A program made the translations under genes and the position numbers. 37,751 bases of DNA from a virus. Its lineage: Duplodnaviria; Caudoviricetes. Below are positions 28,791-36,817 of the stretch, piece after piece; the stretch's first letter is position 1; each line of letters opens with the position of its first letter. Location of the stretch: positions 1-37,751 of IMG/VR virus record IMGVR_UViG_3300012953_000079, one strand, 5' to 3'. Under the pieces are notes generated by a model. It saw only the letters and a program-made list of their open reading frames with translations. It was not told the DNA's origin and ran no database searches.

Positions 28791-28936
28791 TAATATTTTT
28801 CAGTTTTAGCCTGAACTTTTTTATCAGACGACCCCATTCCAATAGGTACATTTGTTCCTTCAATAGGAGCTGATGCTTTTTTATCCGGATGAACTTTTTG
28901 TGTAATAGGTATTGCTGTTGGTCCTGGTTTTCCCAT
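28790..28936 (-). CDS. Small hypothetical protein (48 aa, MGKPGPTAIPITQKV...)
   Basis: Hand-translated; stop overlaps the next ATG (TAATG). Confidence 0.6.
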   Translation of the reverse strand: MGKPGPTAIPITQKVHPDKKASAPIEGTNVPIGMGSSDKKVQAKTEKY

Positions 28937-28940
28937 AATA

Positions 28941-29264
28941 TTATTTTTTTATTTGTTTTTTATATGCTTCGGCTTCCCAATCTAATTTGGGATGACCTTC
29001 TTTCATTCTTTTTCTACTATATTTTTTTCCCTTCCAATATATATTTTCATCATCATAAGAAAGATCTTTTCTAAGTATTTGATCTCTATGAACTAGCTCA
29101 TGACTTTTAGCTATTTTTTGTTGAACTGGTGAAAGGTTTTTGTTTATAAGTATAGTGCCATCATTTAATGTAACACCTTCAACACCTTTACCGAGATTTT
29201 CTTTTTTAATAACACCATTCGTCATAATAATATTTTGAATAGTATTTTTCATTTTAAATCCCAT
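28941..29264 (-). CDS. Small zincin-type metallopeptidase (107 aa)
   Basis: HELVH (HExxH) preceded by GTILINKNL and followed by WEAEAY. Confidence 0.7.
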   Translation of the reverse strand: MGFKMKNTIQNIIMTNGVIKKENLGKGVEGVTLNDGTILINKNLSPVQQKIAKSHELVHRDQILRKDLSYDDENIYWKGKKYSRKRMKEGHPKLDWEAEAYKKQIKK

Positions 29265-29704
29265 TATCTATTGCTATCTTTAAACATATCATCTATAGCT
29301 TTATTATAAACTTTATCTGTATATGTTTTGTTTTTAAAAAAAATATTTCTTTCTGATAAAGGTAAATCTTCACTGCCAAGCATTATTCTATATATTCTGC
29401 TTATCAATTGTTTACCTTTAAAAGATACTTTAAAAGTATTATATTTTATTGTAGTTCTGTTTCTTATAGAATAAACATCTATCCAGTCTTCTTTTCTAAG
29501 TCTTTCCCATCTTTTTTTATCCCAAGAATATGTATAAGTACCCTTGATATAATCATTACGAGTAAATAGACCTATGCAATCAAAATAAATTAATAATTCT
29601 AAATCAGCATCTTTTAACTTATATGTTTTACATGCCCATCTTCTTATTAGCCTATAATATTTTAAAAGTTGTAATTCTTTTAAATCAGATGGTTCTAATC
29701 TCAT
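29264..29704 (-). CDS. Putative winged-helix DNA-binding protein (146 aa)
   Basis: DLELLIY...RLRKEDWI...FKVSFKGKQLI pattern resembles MarR-type winged helix; overlaps the groES stop. Confidence 0.45.
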   Translation of the reverse strand: MRLEPSDLKELQLLKYYRLIRRWACKTYKLKDADLELLIYFDCIGLFTRNDYIKGTYTYSWDKKRWERLRKEDWIDVYSIRNRTTIKYNTFKVSFKGKQLISRIYRIMLGSEDLPLSERNIFFKNKTYTDKVYNKAIDDMFKDSNR

Positions 29705-29958
29705 AATACTACAATAACATCCTGCTCTTTTATAACATAGTATAAATTTTCTTCAAAATCTATACCATACCCAGCATGCTTATCATAATAAATAATATCA
29801 TTCTTATTTAATCCTTTTACAGCATCACCTACATATATAACTTTTGCTTTTTTATATCTAATTTCATTTTGATGCTTATCAGCAATAATAAGACCATTTT
29901 GTTTTTTAGGTGACTCTTTTATTAAATCTATGATTATATAATTATTAATTGCTTTCAT
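29701..29958 (-). CDS. groES: Co-chaperonin GroES (85 aa from MKAINNY)
   Basis: Mobile-loop-like NGLII, AKVIYVGD.V, DIIYYDKHAG, VIKEQDVI; adjacent to groEL. Confidence 0.85.
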   Translation of the reverse strand: MKAINNYIIIDLIKESPKKQNGLIIADKHQNEIRYKKAKVIYVGDAVKGLNKNDIIYYDKHAGYGIDFEENLYYVIKEQDVIVVL

Positions 29959-31501
29959 CTCTAACATTTGAAATTATACAATCAGCTGATATAATTGTAG
30001 AAGCAACTGAAGCCGCATTTATTAAAGCTGTTTTAGTGACAAGAACAGGATCAATAATACCTGAATTAATCATATTTACTATTTTACCTGTAATAACATC
30101 AACACCTTCTTTTTTAGATTTTAATTGTTTTTTATCTAAACCAGCATTATCTAATATTGTTTTATATGGTGATTGAATAGCTGTTAATAATATTAGTTCA
30201 CCTTCATTATTTGCTTTAATATCTTTTGAAGCATTTAATAAGCATATGCCACCACCTGGAACTATGCCTTCTTTTATTGCTGCTTTTACTGCATAAATAG
30301 CATCTTCAACTCTATCCTTTTTTTCTTTTAATGCTACTTTACTATCTGCTCCAACTTTTATAACTCCAACAGATCCAGTTAACATAGCTTTTCTTTCTTC
30401 AAGCTTTTTGATAAAAAAATCATTAGTTTCTTCTTTTAGCTGATTATCTATAGCTTCAATTCTACCTTTTATTTTATCATTTATATTATCTATAGTTATT
30501 ACAGTATTTTTATCGTCAGTTACTGCTTTAACACATTCTCCTAAATGATTTACTTCGATTAAATCTAAATCATCACCTAAGTCTTCATTTATAATAGTAG
30601 CACCCGTAATAGATGCAAGATCTTCTAATAAACCTTTTTTAAGTATTGAAAATCCGGGAGAATCTATAATATTAACTTTTATATTACCTTTAGCTTTATT
30701 CATAATTAAAGCTGACATAGGTTGAGCTCCTAAATTTCCTATAATTAACATAGCTCTATTACTTTTAATAGCATATTCAAGTACAGATTGTATTTTTCTT
30801 ATACTATTTATTTCTGATTCAACTAATAATACTAAAGGATTTTCTAAAACTGCATTGCCTTTTTCTTTATTTGTTATAAGGTGAGGTGATTTTAAGCCTG
30901 AATCAAATTGCACTCCATCTATGATCTCAACGTGCGTTTCTGGCGTTTCAGACTCTTCCATCAATACCACACCATTTTTTCCAACTTTATTATATGCTTC
31001 TGCAATTAAACTACCAAGTTGTATGTCATTATTAGTTGAAATGTTAGCAACGTATTCTAGCATTTTATCTTTAACCGGTATTGATTCTTTGTTTAAGTAT
31101 TTAATTACTTTTTGACACGCTGAATTAATACCTTCTTTTACTAGTCTTACATCACTATTATTTCTTTTGTATGCTTCAGTTAAGATAGCCGAAGCCAGGA
31201 CGGTGGAGGTGGTGGTTCCGTCACCGGCTTCTTTTACTGTTTTTTGAGCTGCTTCTTTTATAAGAGTAGCACCTATATTTTCTACAGGGTCTCTTAATAT
31301 AACGCTATTCGCAACAGTTACGCCATCTTTGGTTACAACAGGTTTTCCTAATGCATCTTCATAAATAACACATTTTCCTGATGCTCCTAATGTTGATTTT
31401 ACCGCATTATTAAGTTTAATAACACCCTCCATTATTCTATTTCTAGCTTCATCGCTAAAGTTTAAATCTTTAACAATGTCACTTGCATGATTAAATTCCA
31501 T
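29945..31501 (-). CDS. groEL: Phage-encoded chaperonin GroEL (518 aa)
   Basis: VTKDGVTVA, AGDGTTT, KDRVEDA, GIVPGGG and GIIDP motifs. Confidence 0.95.
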   Translation of the reverse strand: MEFNHASDIVKDLNFSDEARNRIMEGVIKLNNAVKSTLGASGKCVIYEDALGKPVVTKDGVTVANSVILRDPVENIGATLIKEAAQKTVKEAGDGTTTSTVLASAILTEAYKRNNSDVRLVKEGINSACQKVIKYLNKESIPVKDKMLEYVANISTNNDIQLGSLIAEAYNKVGKNGVVLMEESETPETHVEIIDGVQFDSGLKSPHLITNKEKGNAVLENPLVLLVESEINSIRKIQSVLEYAIKSNRAMLIIGNLGAQPMSALIMNKAKGNIKVNIIDSPGFSILKKGLLEDLASITGATIINEDLGDDLDLIEVNHLGECVKAVTDDKNTVITIDNINDKIKGRIEAIDNQLKEETNDFFIKKLEERKAMLTGSVGVIKVGADSKVALKEKKDRVEDAIYAVKAAIKEGIVPGGGICLLNASKDIKANNEGELILLTAIQSPYKTILDNAGLDKKQLKSKKEGVDVITGKIVNMINSGIIDPVLVTKTALINAASVASTIISADCIISNVRDESN

Positions 31502-31519
31502 TAAATTAAATTTTAAATA

Positions 31520-31801
31520 TTAAAATGTTTTTACTACGATTGGGCCTTGTGTTAATTTAAGCTTTTTTTCATAGTGTTCTATAGAAGAGTCGATTGCTTT
31601 TTCAGCACCCTCTATTGTTTCTCTTCTAGTAATTCCACCCCATTCATCACCATTATTAAATTCAGTTTGGTAATATCCGTTAGGAAGTTGAGTTATTCTC
31701 CAATTGCTTTTTTTAGCATATTTTGTCCAAAGGTTTTTGGTTTCTTCATTAATCTTTGGTTCTGTAGCCCATGTATTGGACTTGTAATAAAAATAAGTCA
31801 T
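31520..31801 (-). CDS. Conserved hypothetical protein leading the groEL operon (93 aa)
   Basis: ATG ORF with A-rich leader downstream of a promoter motif. Confidence 0.7.
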   Translation of the reverse strand: MTYFYYKSNTWATEPKINEETKNLWTKYAKKSNWRITQLPNGYYQTEFNNGDEWGGITRRETIEGAEKAIDSSIEHYEKKLKLTQGPIVVKTF

Positions 31802-31867
31802 AATTATTAAGGTTTTAATTGGTTATTATTGGTAGATCCCTTTAATTACCCGGATCTTTATTGGTTT

Positions 31868-31879
31868 TTACAAATATAA
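31868..31879 (-). promoter_or_regulatory. Bacteroidetes-type -7 promoter element (TTATATTTGTAA) ahead of the chaperonin operon
   Basis: TAnnTTTG consensus in an intergenic region; identical to 18975-18986. Confidence 0.55.
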
Positions 31880-31891
31880 CATTTTTTATAA

Positions 31892-32296
31892 TCATTCTGT
31901 GGGTATGTCTTCACATTGTGACCATTCACCATTTTCTTCATCCCAAACACAATGTTTTCCCTCTGGCATAGATATTGGTGCTTCGTATATACCTTTATTT
32001 TCATTTAATACCCAGGAGTTGTGTAATTTTGGTGGTATAAATCCTTGTATGTCTTCATTCCAGTCATACCAGTATCCTGCATAATTTTTTCTAAATGGTG
32101 TGCCCCCTAATTTATGTTCACCCATCCAAGTGTTGATACTTGTTTGTTTCCAGTTATTATGACCATATATAGAGTTTAAAAATTCAATACCTTTAGATTC
32201 ATCCTCTGTATTATCTGCTTTTAATAATACACTATTATGTACTTTTATTACATTTATAACTTTTTTATTTTCATTTAATTCTGCAAAATGTGCCAT
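31892..32296 (-). CDS. Adhesin-associated small protein, MAHFA type (134 aa)
   Basis: Paralogue of 18989-19366 (WKQTS.N...FRKNYAG...FIPPK..SWVLNE). Confidence 0.7.
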   Translation of the reverse strand: MAHFAELNENKKVINVIKVHNSVLLKADNTEDESKGIEFLNSIYGHNNWKQTSINTWMGEHKLGGTPFRKNYAGYWYDWNEDIQGFIPPKLHNSWVLNENKGIYEAPISMPEGKHCVWDEENGEWSQCEDIPTE

Positions 32297-32299
32297 AAT

Positions 32300-33238
32300 T
32301 TAACCTGTATATGTTCCTGTACCTGTATATTTTAAAATAGTGAAACCACTTACACTTGAAGTGTCTACATTTGGACTGCCTGTAGTTGTACCTGAGTAAC
32401 TAGCATTAGGTATTCTTAAAACAATTACTCCACTTCCGCCACCTTCACCACCTGAATTTACACCTGCTGTTTCTGCATTACCTCTACCACCATTTCCTGT
32501 ATTTGCTGTTTGTGAACCACCACCATTTGAATTTCCACCAATGCCATTTGTAGCTGAACCACCTGCTCCATAAGTAACACCACTACCAGTTATTGAAATT
32601 GAAGTGCCATTACCACCTGCTTGTGAACTACCTCCATAGGAGTTATTTACACATCCTGAATTATCTGTACCTGCTGAAGCTGTACCTCCACCGCCACCGC
32701 CGCCGCCACCACCGCCGTCATGAGCTTTAATTCCTTCACCACCATCAAAACCTTGACCTGATGTTCCATTACCGTGGTTTTGTGTTGGTGATTCACCTAG
32801 ACTATTAGTACTACAAGTATGATTAGCACCACCACCAGCGCCACATCCTCCATTCCATAACCCGCCTGAAGCGGTTATAGTTGCAAATGAGGTAGAAATA
32901 GATGAGCCTGTCCCGCCACCGAGTGAGGTTATAGTAGTAATACCGGATCCACTTATAAAAGAATCTGAACCTTTAGCACCTATAGTATCACTACCTGCTG
33001 CCGCACCTGAACCACCGGCCCCTATATTTATAGTATATTGTGTGCCTGGAGTTAGTGCTAACTCAGAAAGAGCTGAAGCACCACCACCTGATGAACCAAA
33101 TGAACTTTTTAAACCTCCAGCACCACCGCCTGAACCTCTTCTAGCACCAGCCCCACCACCACCTGCAAGAACAAGATAATTTATGTTATATGGAGATGTG
33201 GCAGCTGATGATAATTGTAAAATTCTTTTTCTAAGCAT
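32300..33238 (-). CDS. Glycine-rich adhesin-like protein (312 aa)
   Basis: Poly-Gly runs; C-terminal about 43 aa nearly identical to that of 19368-20258. Confidence 0.7.
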   Translation of the reverse strand: MLRKRILQLSSAATSPYNINYLVLAGGGGAGARRGSGGGAGGLKSSFGSSGGGASALSELALTPGTQYTINIGAGGSGAAAGSDTIGAKGSDSFISGSGITTITSLGGGTGSSISTSFATITASGGLWNGGCGAGGGANHTCSTNSLGESPTQNHGNGTSGQGFDGGEGIKAHDGGGGGGGGGGGTASAGTDNSGCVNNSYGGSSQAGGNGTSISITGSGVTYGAGGSATNGIGGNSNGGGSQTANTGNGGRGNAETAGVNSGGEGGGSGVIVLRIPNASYSGTTTGSPNVDTSSVSGFTILKYTGTGTYTG

Positions 33239-33240
33239 AA

Positions 33241-35352
33241 TTATATATCTGATGCGTCAGAGGCAAAAGTAGCTAATGAATAAAAGAAAGTAGCATTTGA
33301 TGCATCGTCTACGCATTCTATTTGTAATATATTACTAGATGTACCGTTATCTTCATAATTAGTACCACCTAATTTATTAAATGTTGGTGAACCACTTGCT
33401 GTGGCTAAATTAACTGTTTGGTTTCCTTTTAAAGGGTATATCGTTATTACTTGTCCTTTTTTAAATCCTGCCAATTGTATTGTATAAGCACCTGTAAGAT
33501 CACCTGATAATTTAAATACGGATCCACTTGCACAGTTAAATGCTACAGTTCCAGTTAAAGTAGATATTGCAACTTCATCTGTAAACCTTGCTTCAAGCAT
33601 ATCGTTTTCAACTGAATCAGCTTGTATTGTTGTTGCTCCGTTTGCTGCAATTGTAACATCACCCGACAACGCAACATTACCAAAGTCTGTACCGTCACCT
33701 ATTAATATGTGTGCACTTGTTGCAGCTACTGAATCATCTATAATACTAATTTTTGCAGGTGTTACATTATCATCTACTATCATAGGTGTTTCAACAGCAT
33801 TTGCTTGAATAGTTGTAGCACCACTTGAAGCAATAGCAATATCACCAGACATTGCAACACTATCAAATTTTGTACCGCCAGAACTAGCAACTAATATTTT
33901 ACCTGCAGCTATATTGAGTGTATTTTCAAAAAAGTTTATTTTAGCCGATGTAAGTGTATCTGTGCCAATTGAAGCAGTTCCGGTGTCTATCCATTGTAAA
34001 TCATTGTTACTGTCAAGACCTAACACTTTACCAGCTGTAGGTGAATTACCAGTATCAAATTCATCTTTTTGAACTTCTAAATCAGTATATTCTACAGCAG
34101 TAGCTCCTGAATTTACTCTAACAATTTGACCCCCTTTTCCAGTAACTGAAGAATTATTACTTCCTACACTTGTTGGTAATAAACGTGCGGTTGCAACTGA
34201 TACTGCTGATGCGTTTATAAATTCTAAATTACCACTTGAATTAACAGATAATATTTGGCCATTAGTAGCACTGCTATCACTTAACTTAGCAAGTGTTATT
34301 GCATTGTTATCAATATCACCTGTTGCTGCTGTGTTTTTACCAGCCAATGCGCCTGAGTCTGTTATATCAGCAAGAACATGCTGATGATTACCTCTAGCTA
34401 CATCATTAGCACCCGCTCCAAAATCTGCAAATGCACCGGCTCCAAAAGTATAAGTTACATTTGTGCCACCATTAATACTAAAGGTTAAAGTTTCATTTGA
34501 TTTACTTATACCATCTAAAAAATAATTTGAAGCTGAGTTTTGAACCCAACTCATTGTACCAGCTGAAGAGCCTGCTGTAAGTACATATCCATTAACAGGT
34601 GAATTAGTTATATTTAACTTTTCTTCCCCAATAGTACCGTCTGCAATTTTTTCATTTATAATAGCTGCTGATTTTATTTCATTTGTATCAACCTGATCAA
34701 GTTTAGCTAAAGTTTTTAAATCAGTAAAAGAGGCAGTTGTAAATGTTACATTTTGTAAAACATCTGTTCTAATTTCTGCTTTAGTTAAAAAAGCTGCTTC
34801 TTTAAATAAAGTTGTTGTGATATTTGTTCCTCCGCTAACACTAAATGTTAAATCTGTACCTGATTTTGTAATGCCATTTAAGAAAAAATTATCATTATTA
34901 TCAGTATTGTTTATTAATACAAAATTTCCCGATCCATCAACGCTTACTAATTGTCCATTAGTACCATTACCTGTTATACCTTTTAATTTTGTAGGAAGTA
35001 AACTTTGAGCAGTTACAATTGAATCAAGAGTATGCGGTTGTGTTGAATCGTTTATATGTGTTGTAAGATCAGTAGCAAGTGCAAAATGTGTTGTTGCTTT
35101 AAATGCAGCTGTACCAAGTGTAAGTGTTTGATTTGATCCGCCTGTTACAGTAAAAGTAATAGCGCCTGTGCTGGAATTTGAAGAAATACCAGATAAATAA
35201 AAATTGTTATCTCCGAGTGAACCGGAGACTAAATTAATTATTGATTGTAATGTGAAGTTTTTTGTAGGCCCCTGCCCTCCTGGGTCATCCGTTCCTATTA
35301 AATAGTCATCTACGGTTGGGGTTCCTATGGTATACGAAGATATTATAGCCAT
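33241..35352 (-). CDS. Tail fibre protein with internal repeats and C-terminal adaptor domain (703 aa)
   Basis: Three N(F/Y)(Y/F)LxGI...TFxxxGGxN...AF repeats, NGQ(L/I) fibre motifs, two SGDxxIAxxGATTIQA repeats. Confidence 0.75.
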   Translation of the reverse strand: MAIISSYTIGTPTVDDYLIGTDDPGGQGPTKNFTLQSIINLVSGSLGDNNFYLSGISSNSSTGAITFTVTGGSNQTLTLGTAAFKATTHFALATDLTTHINDSTQPHTLDSIVTAQSLLPTKLKGITGNGTNGQLVSVDGSGNFVLINNTDNNDNFFLNGITKSGTDLTFSVSGGTNITTTLFKEAAFLTKAEIRTDVLQNVTFTTASFTDLKTLAKLDQVDTNEIKSAAIINEKIADGTIGEEKLNITNSPVNGYVLTAGSSAGTMSWVQNSASNYFLDGISKSNETLTFSINGGTNVTYTFGAGAFADFGAGANDVARGNHQHVLADITDSGALAGKNTAATGDIDNNAITLAKLSDSSATNGQILSVNSSGNLEFINASAVSVATARLLPTSVGSNNSSVTGKGGQIVRVNSGATAVEYTDLEVQKDEFDTGNSPTAGKVLGLDSNNDLQWIDTGTASIGTDTLTSAKINFFENTLNIAAGKILVASSGGTKFDSVAMSGDIAIASSGATTIQANAVETPMIVDDNVTPAKISIIDDSVAATSAHILIGDGTDFGNVALSGDVTIAANGATTIQADSVENDMLEARFTDEVAISTLTGTVAFNCASGSVFKLSGDLTGAYTIQLAGFKKGQVITIYPLKGNQTVNLATASGSPTFNKLGGTNYEDNGTSSNILQIECVDDASNATFFYSLATFASDASDI

Positions 35353-35353
35353 A

Positions 35354-35602
35354 TTATGTATTTCTTACTGTGTTATTTTTTTTAGTGCCTTTTCCAAAAC
35401 CAGAGCGATTGCGCCGCGCCGATACGAAACTCATAGTTGTGTGATCGTAATCCATTCCATTTAAATTTCTACCGTTTTTCTCTGCTGCACGACGCTTCCG
35501 TTGGTTCTCGGCTTTCATACGCGTTCGCCTGGGGGTTTTTGCGTATTCTAGGTCTCGCTGCCGTTTTCGGCGCTTCGCTGCTGGTGTTAAATGCTGAGGC
35601 AT
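35354..35602 (-). CDS. Small Arg-rich protein, possibly a degenerate HNH-type (82 aa)
   Basis: GMDYDH...S..RNR resembles the GxDxxH...NR core of small phage HNH proteins; coupled by TAATG. Confidence 0.5.
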   Translation of the reverse strand: MPQHLTPAAKRRKRQRDLEYAKTPRRTRMKAENQRKRRAAEKNGRNLNGMDYDHTTMSFVSARRNRSGFGKGTKKNNTVRNT

Positions 35603-36462
35603 TATTTATCTAATCTGTTAAGTGCTTTTACACCTAACTTATACATTGCAGGCATTTTTGATTTATATAAAGCTTTATTAGAACTACCATAAGTACCTTT
35701 TTTAACTGGAAAAGTTTTACCAGCATATTCAAAAGACTTTTTACCTGCTTTTTTAGCTTCCATAGCTGCATAGGTAAATTTAGGCATACCATCTACTTTA
35801 GGTTTCATTTGATAAAGAGCAGGTTTTACTTTTGAATGTTTAGGTAAAGCTCTTTTTTCTTTCATTTCTCTTTCTTTTTCTCTTCTTCTAACGTTAGGGT
35901 TTATTACTGCGTCAGTTTCTTTAAATACAAGTCCACCATCTTCAGTCATTCTTTCTTTTCTAATTTCTTTTGCCTTTCTTCTGTTTTCTGCAGCTTGTCT
36001 GGCTCTTTCTTCAGCCATTACTTTTTTAGATTGTTCTTTAGTTCTAAAATTTATTCTTCTAGCCTCCGCAATTGTCAATGTTCCACCCGCTTCTTTGTAT
36101 TTTTTGTATTTTTCTTTCATTTCGGGGGTTATTCCACCTGCTTCTCTTAGTCTTCTTTCTGATCCACTTTCTTTTTTCTTACCGTCCCCGTGTCCTTGCT
36201 TGTGTTTTTTAATAGGCATTTTCCCATATTTAGGCAATGCTTTCATTTTTCCAGGTATTTTCTTTTCTTTTTGATCTTTAGCTTTACCTTTTGATTCTTT
36301 TTTGCCTTTAGGCATTTTATTTTGAGCATTTGGATCAAGCGGGGTAATTTTTTTGGCTTTATCCATTATATCTTTCCCTGTTTTAAGCTTCCCTCCTTTT
36401 GGAGATTCTCCCCCGGGGCCTATTTTACCCGCTTCTTTCTTTTTTTTAGTATGTCCTGGCAT
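35602..36462 (-). CDS. Lys-rich low-complexity protein, possible internal virion/DNA-binding protein (286 aa)
   Basis: Very basic; recurring ALPK/ALY motifs; AKKAGKKSFEYAGKTF segment. Confidence 0.6.
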   Translation of the reverse strand: MPGHTKKKKEAGKIGPGGESPKGGKLKTGKDIMDKAKKITPLDPNAQNKMPKGKKESKGKAKDQKEKKIPGKMKALPKYGKMPIKKHKQGHGDGKKKESGSERRLREAGGITPEMKEKYKKYKEAGGTLTIAEARRINFRTKEQSKKVMAEERARQAAENRRKAKEIRKERMTEDGGLVFKETDAVINPNVRRREKEREMKEKRALPKHSKVKPALYQMKPKVDGMPKFTYAAMEAKKAGKKSFEYAGKTFPVKKGTYGSSNKALYKSKMPAMYKLGVKALNRLDK

Positions 36463-36483
36463 AATTTTTATTTTAACATGTTA

Positions 36484-36687
36484 TTATTCGTATATCAACT
36501 CTTTGTTTGCGCCCCTAAAAGGTAAAAACATTTCATTGTAGAGGTGTTGTGCTAGCGTTACCTCTTGAGAATTGTCTATACAGACGTCTTTTGTGATATT
36601 TTTAAAATTTTCGTACGTATTTTCGTAATGTTTTATAGCACTACAGCCGTTCAGGGCCACAAGTGCAGTTATGATCATCTTTTTCAT
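36484..36687 (-). CDS. Small putative lipoprotein (67 aa; start corrected to MKKMIITALVALNGC)
   Basis: Basic n-region, hydrophobic core and LNGC lipobox-like motif. Confidence 0.6.
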   Translation of the reverse strand: MKKMIITALVALNGCSAIKHYENTYENFKNITKDVCIDNSQEVTLAQHLYNEMFLPFRGANKELIYE

Positions 36688-36817
36688 TGTTGTTTGTTTG
36701 TGCCAGATGTATTTCAATCAAGGCGTTTGTTAGTTTGTCTAAAGCTTTATGGATTTTTTTCAGTTCATTCCTGATCCCATTGGCCTTTATGTGTATTTTG
36801 TCTTCATCTTTTTCCAT
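36641..36817 (-). CDS. Hypothetical protein (58 aa, MEKDEDKIHIKANGIRNEL...), first gene of the minus-strand block
   Basis: Hand-translated; amphipathic helix; overlaps the lipoprotein start by 47 nt. Confidence 0.55.
   Translation of the reverse strand: MEKDEDKIHIKANGIRNELKKIHKALDKLTNALIEIHLAQTNNNEKDDHNCTCGPERL

Noticed and set aside
29701-31501. Host chromosomal groESL contamination or a prophage boundary
   Set aside because: Reversed gene order, divergent motifs, same composition as the flanks and tight coupling to phage-type genes indicate a phage-encoded operon
338-36817. Stop-codon reassignment as in some crAss-like phages
   Set aside because: Long genes are intact under the standard code; TAG ends terL and portal and TGA ends other genes at sensible boundaries
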